Under the pieces are notes generated by a model. It was not told where the DNA came from. It searched no databases and saw only the letters and a list, made by a program, of their open reading frames with translations. A program made the position numbers and the translations under genes. A DNA stretch of 32,000 bases, from NCBI RefSeq assembly GCF_014280195.1, contig NZ_CP047960.1:1920001-1952000 (forward strand), given 5' to 3'. Below are positions 16,256-24,247 of the stretch, in pieces. The DNA is from Synechococcus sp. A15-24 (GTDB lineage Bacteria; Cyanobacteriota; Cyanobacteriia; PCC-6307; Cyanobiaceae). Within the stretch, counting starts at the first letter, position 1, and every line of letters begins with the position of its first letter.

Positions 16256-17940
16256 AGCAGGCCCATCTCGGCGGCCGGACCCGCGGCCTGCGGCCCGGCC
16301 AGCAACGACAACTCGACCGCCTCAGCCACCGTCGTCATCCCGAGGGCAGCGGCGCTGACCTGCTGACCCTGGAGCGGATGGCCGGATTGGTGCAGGAGCT
16401 CGAGCTATCCATGCATCTCGTGCTGGACGGTCGTGGGCTCTGCCGGTTGCTCTGGCTGGGTCCCTTGCAAAGTTCCGAGGCCCTCCGTCAGCACCTGCCG
16501 CAGGCACCCCGGCGCCGGGGTGGCGGCTGGAGGCTGCTGAGCTGTCCCTTCAGCCGTCATGGCCTGCATCAGGACATGGCGGAGGCAGTGATTGCCCTCG
16601 ATCTCAATCCGATCAGCTGGTTGCGCTTTGCCCCGGTTCCAGCCCGCGACGGACTGCGCAACGCCGAACTGTTGCAGCCCGACCGTGAGGAAGCCCATGG
16701 CTGGCGACAGCTGGACCAGGGGGATCTGCGCCATCTCTGTCAGCAGGATCTGAACCCTGGGGCGATCACAACACCGGAGTCGTCCCCCGCCGGCGCTGGT
16801 CCTGCCATCGAACCCGTGCTGCTGCTGACCCTCACCAGCGGAGATGCTGGCCGCAGCGAACGGGAGTTGGCCGAACTGGAGGGACTGGTGCGCAGTGCCG
16901 GAGCCCAACCGGTGGCAGTGGTGACGCAGCGGGCCGGCAGCGCCAATCCACAAACTCTCTGGGGGACTGGAAAGCTGCAGGAGGCAGCCCTTGAAGTGCG
17001 CCGTCGCGGCGCCTCACTGGTTGTCACGGATCGCGAGCTCACGCCGGTTCAAGCCAGGAATCTGGAGCGGCTGCTGGCCTGTCCGGTCTCCGACCGCAGT
17101 GAACTCATCCTCGACATCTTTGCCCAGCGAGCCGGCAGCGCCGCCGGTCGCTTGCAGGTGGAACTGGCGCAGCTGCGCTATCTCCTGCCGCGCCTGCTGG
17201 GACGGGGGCGCAGCCTGTCGCGTCAGGGCGGTGGCATCGGAACACGGGGCCCAGGGGAAACACAGCTGGAGAAAGACCGCCGTGCCATCAGCCGCCGCAT
17301 CGATCGCCTGCTCCGGGATCAACAGCAGCTTCAGCAGCACCGCAGCCGACTGCGGGACCAACGGCGGGGACTGCCGCGAGTCGCCCTTGTGGGCTATACG
17401 AACGCTGGCAAGTCCAGCCTGCTGAATGCCCTCTGTGGTCGCCGCGAAAGCGATCGTGTGCTGGCCGAGAACAAGCTGTTCGCCACCATGGATCCCACGA
17501 CCCGTCGCCTGGACCTGCCGCGGCCGGGGCAACGGCCAGACAGGCTGCTGATCACCGACACCGTTGGTTTCATCCGTGACCTGCCCCAGCCCCTGGTGGA
17601 AGCATTCCGGGCAACGCTGGAGGAAGCCCTCGACGCCGATGTGCTGCTGATGGTGGTGGATCTGGCGGATCCCGACTGGTCCGGTCAGCTCAGCACCGTC
17701 CATCGGCTGCTGGATTCCCTCGGCAGCACCGCGTTGCGACGGGTGGTGGCGAACCAGATCGACCGCTGCCCGCTGGACGCTGTCGAAACGATCCGGCGCC
17801 AGGATGCCCAGACCTTGTTTCTATCGGCCAAGCGCGGGGATGGCCTGCGGGGTCTGCAGGAATGGCTGCGGGGGCAGTTCTTTGATCCCGGGGCAGAATC
17901 AGATCCAGATGCAGGGCGTCTGCCCGAATGGCCGAGCTGA
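16252..17940 (+). CDS. hflX: GTPase HflX with a ~185-aa N-terminal extension
   Basis: ILDIFAQRAGSAAGRLQVELAQLRYLLPRL, GGIGTRGPGETQLEKDRR, G1 motif GYTNAGKSSL, DTVGFI. The TTG start overlaps the NDH-2 stop (TTGA). The start is uncertain. Confidence 0.88.
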   Translation: MKQAHLGGRTRGLRPGQQRQLDRLSHRRHPEGSGADLLTLERMAGLVQELELSMHLVLDGRGLCRLLWLGPLQSSEALRQHLPQAPRRRGGGWRLLSCPFSRHGLHQDMAEAVIALDLNPISWLRFAPVPARDGLRNAELLQPDREEAHGWRQLDQGDLRHLCQQDLNPGAITTPESSPAGAGPAIEPVLLLTLTSGDAGRSERELAELEGLVRSAGAQPVAVVTQRAGSANPQTLWGTGKLQEAALEVRRRGASLVVTDRELTPVQARNLERLLACPVSDRSELILDIFAQRAGSAAGRLQVELAQLRYLLPRLLGRGRSLSRQGGGIGTRGPGETQLEKDRRAISRRIDRLLRDQQQLQQHRSRLRDQRRGLPRVALVGYTNAGKSSLLNALCGRRESDRVLAENKLFATMDPTTRRLDLPRPGQRPDRLLITDTVGFIRDLPQPLVEAFRATLEEALDADVLLMVVDLADPDWSGQLSTVHRLLDSLGSTALRRVVANQIDRCPLDAVETIRRQDAQTLFLSAKRGDGLRGLQEWLRGQFFDPGAESDPDAGRLPEWPS

Positions 17941-19745
17941 TCAGCACGCTTCAGAACCCCCAGGCGGTGATCACCCTGGCGGTTCTGGTTCTGGCGATCG
18001 TTTTATTCATCACAGGGGCCCTGGCGCCGGAACTCACCGGACTGCTCAGCCTCGGCCTGCTTGTGGCCACTGGGGTTCTGTCACCACCAGAGGCTCTGGC
18101 CGGATTCGGCAGCCCCGCCCTGATCACCCTGATGGGCCTGTTCCCCGTCTCCGCGGCCCTGTTTAAAAGCGGAGCGCTGGACCGCCTGCGTGCCCTGATC
18201 GCCTCGGAGCGGATCCGTTCACCAAGGCGCTTGATCGCGCTGATGGCGTTCGTGATCGCGCCTGTCTCCGGCATCGTCCCCAACACACCGGTGGTGGCGT
18301 CGTTGCTGCCGGTGGTGGAGAACTGGTGCCACCGGCGCGGCATTTCCCCATCCAGGGTCCTGCTTCCACTCTCGTTTTCCACAGTGCTGGGCGGAACCCT
18401 CACCCTGCTGGGCAGTTCGGTGAACCTGCTGGTGAGTGACATCAGCCAGCAACTGGGGTATGGATCGCTGGAACTGTTCAGCTTCACGCTGATCAGCCTG
18501 CCGATCTGGCTAGTGGGGGCGGCCTATCTGGTGCTGGCACCACGGGCCCTGCTGCCGGATCGTGGCCACGACCATGACGACCTGGGACTCTCGCCCCAGC
18601 GCAGCAGCTACAGCACCGAAGTCACCATTCCCCACGACTCGGAACTGGTGGGGGTCTCCCTGCACAACAGCCGTCTGCAGAGGCGTTTCGACGTGGATGT
18701 GCTGGAACTTCAGCGTTCCGGAGAACGGCTGCTGCCCCCCCTGGCGGACCGAAAGCTCCAGGCCGGCGACCACCTGCTGCTGCGGGTGACCCGACAGGAC
18801 CTGCTTCGTCTTCAGCAGGACCACACGGTTCAGCTCACAACCCAGGGCAACAATGCCGGGTTCGACTTGAGCAGCGATGAGATAGGTGGTCAGAAGACGG
18901 TTGAAGTGCTGCTGCCGGCCGGTTCCACCCTGGCCGGCGCCAGCCTGCGCGAACTCCGCTTCCGCCAACGCCACAACGCCACGGTGCTGGCCCTGCGCCG
19001 CGGGCAGGAAACCCTGCAGGAACGGCTGGGGCAGATCGTGCTGAGGGAGGGGGATGTACTCCTGCTGCAGGCACCCCTCGATTCCATCCGTGGTCTGCAG
19101 GCCAGCAATGACCTGCTGGTGCTGGATCGGCTCGAGGATGACCTGCCGACGGTGCGGCGCAAACCGCTGGTGGTGAGCATTGCGATCGCCATGCTTCTTC
19201 TGCCGACCCTGACGCCCGTACCCCTGGTGGCCGCGGTGCTGCTGGCCACTGTCGCTGTCGTGGCCACGGGCTGTCTTCGCCCCGGTGAGCTGCAGCGCGC
19301 CATTCGTCTCGATGTGATCCTGCTGCTCGGCTCGCTCACCAGTTTCAGCGTGGCGTTGCAGACCACCGGCCTGGCCGATGCCATGGCCCAGGGTCTTCAA
19401 CAGTGGCTGACGGGCTGGCCCAATTACGGCTCCCTGGTGGTGGTGTTCATCGGCACCACCTTGCTCACTCAAGTGATGAGCAATGCCGCCTCAGTTGCCC
19501 TGCTGGCGCCGGTGGCGGTGCAGCTGGCACCGGGACTGGACCTGCCCCCCACCGCCCTGTTGATCACCGTGCTGTTTGGGGCGAGCCAGTCGTTTCTGAC
19601 CCCGGTCGGCTACCAGACCAACTTGATGGTGTTCGGCCCCGGGAGGTACCGCTTCCTTGATGTCACCCGTTACGGGATCGGCCTCACTTTGATCATGACC
19701 GTGCTGGTGCCGGCCCTGATCCTGTGGCGTTATGCCGCATCCTGA
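17928..19745 (+). CDS. DASS/SLC13-type anion permease with two central TrkA-C (RCK_C) domains
   Basis: Hydrophobic N- and C-terminal halves (ALITLMGLF..., SNAASVALLAPV, FLTPVGYQTNLMVFGPG). The middle contains two soluble repeats (VSLHNSRLQRRFDVDVLELQR... and ASLRELRFRQRHNATVLALRR...). The ATG overlaps the hflX end by 13 nt. Confidence 0.85.
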   Translation: MAELISTLQNPQAVITLAVLVLAIVLFITGALAPELTGLLSLGLLVATGVLSPPEALAGFGSPALITLMGLFPVSAALFKSGALDRLRALIASERIRSPRRLIALMAFVIAPVSGIVPNTPVVASLLPVVENWCHRRGISPSRVLLPLSFSTVLGGTLTLLGSSVNLLVSDISQQLGYGSLELFSFTLISLPIWLVGAAYLVLAPRALLPDRGHDHDDLGLSPQRSSYSTEVTIPHDSELVGVSLHNSRLQRRFDVDVLELQRSGERLLPPLADRKLQAGDHLLLRVTRQDLLRLQQDHTVQLTTQGNNAGFDLSSDEIGGQKTVEVLLPAGSTLAGASLRELRFRQRHNATVLALRRGQETLQERLGQIVLREGDVLLLQAPLDSIRGLQASNDLLVLDRLEDDLPTVRRKPLVVSIAIAMLLLPTLTPVPLVAAVLLATVAVVATGCLRPGELQRAIRLDVILLLGSLTSFSVALQTTGLADAMAQGLQQWLTGWPNYGSLVVVFIGTTLLTQVMSNAASVALLAPVAVQLAPGLDLPPTALLITVLFGASQSFLTPVGYQTNLMVFGPGRYRFLDVTRYGIGLTLIMTVLVPALILWRYAAS

Positions 19746-19778
19746 TCAACACTGGTCGTTCTTCAAGTCGTCAGCTCC

Positions 19779-21188
19779 GTGCCCCTCCGCCAGGCGATCG
19801 AGCGCAGCCAGGGCTGGCACCGGCGACTCACCGTGCCCCAGTTCACCGTGGTCACCGGCCTGCTGGTGATCCTGCTGGGCACGCTGTTGTTGGCCACACC
19901 GCTGTGTTCCAGCAGCAAGGTGGGGCTCTGGGAAGCCCTGTTTACAGCCACATCAGCGATCACGGTGACCGGCTTGTCGATCATTGATGTCGGAGCCGAT
20001 CTCACCACAGCCGGGCAACTGGTGCTGGCGATGATGATCCTGGCGGGAGGCCTGGGACTGATGGCAATCACCACCTTTCTCCAGGGGTTCGTGGTGAAGG
20101 GCACTGGTCTACGGCGCCGACTGGACCGGGGCCAGACCCTCGATGAATTCGGCGTCGGCGGAGTTGGCAGCACATTCCGTGGCATTGCTGCGACGGCGGC
20201 ACTGGTGATCCTGGTGGGTGCTCTGGTGCTGTACGGCTTCGGGTTCAGCGACATCCCTGACCGAGGTGAACGCCTGTGGGCCTCGATCTTCCACAGCATC
20301 TCGGCCTACAACAACGCCGGCTTCGGACTCTGGTCCGACAGCCTTGAGCGGTATCACGACAACCTTCTGGTCAACACCGTTGTGATGGTGCTGATCGTGA
20401 TGGGGGGACTGGGCTGGCGGGTCACCAGTGATCTCGCCAGTCAAGGGGTCCGCCGCGGCCGGCGGCGGCTCAGCCTTCACACCCGGCTGGTGTTGCGCAC
20501 CACGCTGCTGCTTGTGGTGTTCGGCACCCTTGGCCTTGCCTTGACGGAATGGCTCAACCGCGGCGAGGTGTTCATCGGGATGGCCTGGCGGGAACGCTGG
20601 ATGACCGCCCTGTTCGAATCGGTCACCGCCCGAACGGCCGGGTTCACCACAGTGCCCTTCTCACTGGAGAACATCACCGATTCGGGCACCCTGCTGCTGA
20701 TGGCGCTGATGTTCATCGGTGCCAGTCCGGGGGGGACAGGCGGAGGCATCAAGACCACCACCGTGGCCGCCCTGATGGCAGCGACGCGATCCACCATGCG
20801 CGGTCGCGATGCGGTGGTGATCCGCAACCGCGAAATCCCGGACAAGGTTGTGCTGAGGGCCCTTGGCATCACCGTGGCGTCACTGCTGTTTGTTCTGGCG
20901 ATGGCGTTGTTGCTGAGCATCGCCAGCAACCTCAACGGTGCAGAACCCTTCACGTTTCTGGAGATGCTGTTCACCTGCATCTCGGCCTTTGCCACCGTCG
21001 GCCTCGATCTTGGGGTCACGGAGCAGCTGGGACGCTTCGGCCAGGCTGTGCTGATGCTGGGAATGTTTGTGGGGCGGCTTGGGATTCTGTTGCTACTGAG
21101 CGCCATCTGGGAACTGATGACCCGGGAGCAGATCCACATCTATCGCCAGAATCGGATTGGTTATCCCCGTGAGGACCTGTATGTCTGA
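19779..21188 (+). CDS. ktrB: K+ uptake system membrane subunit (KtrB/TrkH family)
   Basis: Repeated pore-loop signatures typical of the Trk/Ktr/HKT family (TATSAITVTGLS, SAYNNAGFG, TARTAGFTT, FATVGL). GTG start. Confidence 0.88.
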   Translation: MPLRQAIERSQGWHRRLTVPQFTVVTGLLVILLGTLLLATPLCSSSKVGLWEALFTATSAITVTGLSIIDVGADLTTAGQLVLAMMILAGGLGLMAITTFLQGFVVKGTGLRRRLDRGQTLDEFGVGGVGSTFRGIAATAALVILVGALVLYGFGFSDIPDRGERLWASIFHSISAYNNAGFGLWSDSLERYHDNLLVNTVVMVLIVMGGLGWRVTSDLASQGVRRGRRRLSLHTRLVLRTTLLLVVFGTLGLALTEWLNRGEVFIGMAWRERWMTALFESVTARTAGFTTVPFSLENITDSGTLLLMALMFIGASPGGTGGGIKTTTVAALMAATRSTMRGRDAVVIRNREIPDKVVLRALGITVASLLFVLAMALLLSIASNLNGAEPFTFLEMLFTCISAFATVGLDLGVTEQLGRFGQAVLMLGMFVGRLGILLLLSAIWELMTREQIHIYRQNRIGYPREDLYV

Positions 21189-21212
21189 CCGCCGTCTTTG
21201 GGATCACCAGCG

Positions 21213-21917
21213 ATGAGGGAATGGTGGCAATGGAGCCCGCTCCAGGGCAGCGAGCGGTTGGGCTTCGCAGTCGTCGGCGTTGGTCGTTTCGGGATCGCCG
21301 TCTGCCGAGAACTGCTGCAGAACGGGGCAGAGGTGCTGGCGGTGGACCGCTCAGAACGGGCCGTGGATGAGCTGCGTCAGCTGGAGCCAACCGTGGAAGC
21401 CCGGGTGGTGGATTGCACCGATGAAGAATCGCTGCGGGAAGCCGGTGTGCTGGACATGGGCACGGTGGTGGTGGCCATGAGCGAACCGATCGAGGCCAGC
21501 ATCACAGCAACCCTGATCGCCAAGGACAGTGAGGGCACCAGGGTCCGCCAGGTGATCGCCCGCGCCACCAGCGAACTGCACGAAAAGATGTTGAAGCGGG
21601 TTGGTGCCGACCGGGTGATCTTTCCCTCCCGCATGCAGGGAGAACGACTGGGCCTTGAGCTGGTGCGCCCCAACCTGATGGAGCGTCTGGCCCTGGATGA
21701 AAAGCACTGCATTGAGGAGATCAAGGTGCCGGAGCCATTTATGGGCCGCTCACTGCGTGATCTGAATCTGCGCAAGAACTTCCGGGTGAATGTGCTGGCA
21801 GCGGGCCCCCAGAGCAACCTCACGGTGAACCCCCCGGCCTCCCATGTGCTGGAGGAAGGCCATCTGCTCGTGGTGATGGGCCTGGTGGATGACCTGCAAC
21901 GGTTGCCCAAAACCTGA
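21213..21917 (+). CDS. ktrA: K+ uptake system peripheral NAD-binding subunit (KtrA; RCK N + C domains)
   Basis: FAVVGVGRFG Rossmann motif followed by a TrkA-C domain (RSLRDLNLRKNFRVNVLA). At 234 aa it is the half-size KtrA type rather than TrkA. The ATG at 21213 is preferred over TTG 21198. Confidence 0.85.
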   Translation: MREWWQWSPLQGSERLGFAVVGVGRFGIAVCRELLQNGAEVLAVDRSERAVDELRQLEPTVEARVVDCTDEESLREAGVLDMGTVVVAMSEPIEASITATLIAKDSEGTRVRQVIARATSELHEKMLKRVGADRVIFPSRMQGERLGLELVRPNLMERLALDEKHCIEEIKVPEPFMGRSLRDLNLRKNFRVNVLAAGPQSNLTVNPPASHVLEEGHLLVVMGLVDDLQRLPKT

Positions 21918-21928
21918 CGGTCACCCCC

Positions 21929-23068
21929 ATGCTCTGCCTCGGCCTGATGAGTGGCACCAGTGCCGACGGAGTCGATGCGGTATTGGCTCGCTTCCAGGGT
22001 GCTCCCGATCGTCCTGAGTGGCAGCTGCTGAGCCATCACCACAGCCCCTACCCAGCTGCACTGCGGGACGAGCTGGTTCGAATCGGCCAGGGAGAACCAC
22101 GACCGGCCGCGGCCCTGCTGGATCTGGCGGAGGCGGTGACCGAACAACAGGCGATAGCGGCTCGCGGCGCCGACCCCGATCAGCGCGCGAGCCTGATCGG
22201 TTGCCATGGCCAGACCCTTTGGCATCGCCCACCCAGCAGCACAAGGCGCGGCGCCAGCTGGCAGTTGTTGCAGGCTCCGCTGCTGGCCCAACTCTTGGTA
22301 AGGCCAGTGGTGCACGATTTCCGCTCCGCCGACCTGGCCCTAGGAGGTCAGGGGGCGCCCCTGGTGCCCAGGGCCGATGCTGCCCTGATCGGGCATGGGG
22401 ACGGCTGGCGGGGGGTGCTCAATCTGGGGGGCATTGCCAACCTCACCCTGATCCCTCCCCGCTCGGGTCCCCAGCGACGGGAGCCTGTTTTTGGCTGGGA
22501 CTGTGGACCAGCGAACAGCCTGATCGATCTGGCAATGGAGCAGTTCAGCGATGGCCAGCAGCTGTTTGATCGGGACGGTGCCATGGCCGCAGCAGGACGT
22601 TGCGACAACGATGTGATTCAGCGTTGGCTTCAAGAGCCCTACTTTCAGCTCAGCCCACCGAAATCAACGGGGCGGGAATGCTTCGGCCAAGAGGATCTCA
22701 GGCGTCGTCTTCACGAGCTGGGGGCAGCCCCGACCGTCAATGCTGTGGCCACCCTCACCGGCTTCACCGCGGCGGTGGTGGCTCAGGATCTTGACCGATT
22801 GAGGGCGGACAGAAACGTCCATATCTTGGAGCTACTGGTGGCCGGAGGTGGCTGCCGCAACCCAGTGCTGATGAAGGAACTCCAACGTCGCTGCCGGGGG
22901 CTGGCCGTGCGGGCAAGTGATCAGATTGGTCTGGCTGCGGAGGCGAGGGAGGCGCTTGTCTTTGCGCTGCTGGCCTGGTGGCATCACCGCGGCCACTCCG
23001 GCAATGCACCCGCCATCACAGGTGCAACGCGGGAAGCATGCCTCGGCGTCAGGGTTGCCCCCGCCTGA
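21929..23068 (+). CDS. anmK: Anhydro-N-acetylmuramic acid kinase
   Basis: N-terminal GLMSGTSADGVD signature, LNLGGIANL, DCGPANSLID, GGGCRNPVLM. Confidence 0.9.
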   Translation: MLCLGLMSGTSADGVDAVLARFQGAPDRPEWQLLSHHHSPYPAALRDELVRIGQGEPRPAAALLDLAEAVTEQQAIAARGADPDQRASLIGCHGQTLWHRPPSSTRRGASWQLLQAPLLAQLLVRPVVHDFRSADLALGGQGAPLVPRADAALIGHGDGWRGVLNLGGIANLTLIPPRSGPQRREPVFGWDCGPANSLIDLAMEQFSDGQQLFDRDGAMAAAGRCDNDVIQRWLQEPYFQLSPPKSTGRECFGQEDLRRRLHELGAAPTVNAVATLTGFTAAVVAQDLDRLRADRNVHILELLVAGGGCRNPVLMKELQRRCRGLAVRASDQIGLAAEAREALVFALLAWWHHRGHSGNAPAITGATREACLGVRVAPA

Positions 23069-23079
23069 TCGTGACTGAG

Positions 23080-23418
23080 TCAGGGACGGTGCAGGCGCAA
23101 CCGCCTTGGAGCGCCGCGCAGACGACGGGGTTGCTGGGCCTCGAGGGCGGAGCGCAACCGCTCTTCCCTTGAGGGCAGCGTCGCCTCAGCATTCTGTTCA
23201 TGCCTCTGGACTCCCTGCTGGATCAGCACCCGCGCCATGTTGCTGACCGTGCGCGACTCCTGATCAGCCAAGGCCGTCAAGCGGGCGCAGAGATCCTCAG
23301 GCAGGACCACCTGAATCCGCGGGGATTTGGGCTTCCCGCTGGAGGACGTCTGACGGGTAGGCACAACCGGATCTCCAGGGGGAGTCTCAGCTACTCGAAA
23401 GTGTACAGAGGTGGTCAA
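23080..23418 (-). CDS. Ribbon-helix-helix (CopG/Arc/MetJ-like) DNA-binding protein with Arg-rich tail
   Basis: RIQVVLPEDLCARLTALADQESRTVSNMARVLIQQGV fits the beta-alpha-alpha RHH pattern. The start is TTG 23418 or GTG 23364. Convergent with anmK (11-nt gap). Confidence 0.6.
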   Translation of the reverse strand: MTTSVHFRVAETPPGDPVVPTRQTSSSGKPKSPRIQVVLPEDLCARLTALADQESRTVSNMARVLIQQGVQRHEQNAEATLPSREERLRSALEAQQPRRLRGAPRRLRLHRP

Positions 23419-23469
23419 GGGTAGTATCCATGACTATGATGGGGGCATCGGTCCTCCTCGGAGTGCCCC

Positions 23470-23766
23470 ATGCCCGAATCCACAACGACCACCCAGCGCC
23501 GCAGCCGGCGCACCACTGGCCGTCGCCGCCCTCAACGAACCCCTGAGAACAGTGACGTGCTTGTGTCCGCTGTGATCAGCACGTATTTGCTCACCCACCT
23601 GCACCACGTGTTGCAACGGGCTGAATACGGCGCCGCCCAGGAGGGCAGAAACTCCCAGGCCGCCAATTACGCCCAGCTGCGCAAGGTGCTTTGCATGGAT
23701 GCCCGCAGCATGGAAGATGCCTCCGCCCTTGGCCTCCGTGATGAAGGGTTGGACCAGGCAGCCTGA
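23470..23766 (+). CDS. Hypothetical small protein with an Arg-rich N-terminus (98 aa)
   Basis: ATG start and strong G/C third-position bias. N-terminus QRRSRRTTGRRRPQRTP, followed by a possible strand-helix-helix (DVLVSAVISTYLLTHLHHVLQ...NYAQLRKVL). Divergent from the RHH gene with a 51-nt spacer. Confidence 0.5.
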   Translation: MPESTTTTQRRSRRTTGRRRPQRTPENSDVLVSAVISTYLLTHLHHVLQRAEYGAAQEGRNSQAANYAQLRKVLCMDARSMEDASALGLRDEGLDQAA

Positions 23767-23807
23767 CGATCGTCGAGCAACTGAATAGCGTTACTTCAGC
23801 CGCATCG

Positions 23808-24044
23808 ATGTCCATGGCTGGCCATGCCGCTGCTCTCTACGAGCGCATCCGCAGCAACCCAGAACAGACCCAGGCCTTATTCCGGCAGGCGCTGCAGGAT
23901 CCCTCCGGTGCCATGGCCTCCATCTGTCAATTTGGCGAAGACCAGGGGCTCCCTGTCACTCCGGACGAGGTCAGGCAGCATCTGGCCAGCCTCGACGATG
24001 AGGCCAGCCATCGCTGGGTCGTCAAGGCACGCGGTGGGCTGTAA
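23808..24044 (+). CDS. Nif11-like domain protein (78 aa) ending in ...KARGGL
   Basis: AALYERIRSNPEQTQALFRQALQDPSGAMASICQFGEDQGLPVTPDEVRQHL follows the Nif11 N-terminal domain pattern (helix, loop, I-x-x-x-G-x-x-G-x-x-V/I-T-x-D/E-E-L/V). This was recognised by eye only. Confidence 0.5.
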   Translation: MSMAGHAAALYERIRSNPEQTQALFRQALQDPSGAMASICQFGEDQGLPVTPDEVRQHLASLDDEASHRWVVKARGGL

Positions 24045-24231
24045 GCGGTTCCTGCTCCACGATCCGCTCGCCGGGAACTTGCCCTGATGTCGGTCTGCGG
24101 CGCTCGTAGCCGCCGCCACCGGCCCAGCTGAAAAACAACAGATAGCTCACGATGGCCAGACCGGCGGCCACCACAACCGCTGCCAGCTGCTCCAGTTTCA
24201 GCACGGCCTGACTCCCTGGTGTCCCATTCAC
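24022..24231 (-). CDS. Possible single-pass membrane protein (about 60-69 aa)
   Basis: It fills an otherwise empty ~200-nt gap. TM segment LAAVVVAAGLAIVSYLLFF followed by GGGGYERRRP. GTG start at 24231, or an internal GTG at 24204. It overlaps the 3' end of the Nif11-like ORF by 23 nt. Confidence 0.35.
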   Translation of the reverse strand: MNGTPGSQAVLKLEQLAAVVVAAGLAIVSYLLFFSWAGGGGYERRRPTSGQVPGERIVEQEPLTAHRVP

Positions 24232-24247
24232 CAGTCTGCCGGCAGGG

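Noticed and set aside
24045-24131. In-frame continuation after the TAA stop of the Nif11-like ORF (28 further sense codons, AVPAPRSARRELALMSVCGARSRRHRPS), a possible hidden core peptide reached by readthrough
   Set aside because: There is no evidence of programmed readthrough. The sequence is Arg-rich and does not look like a lanthipeptide core. The region is better explained by the convergent membrane ORF.
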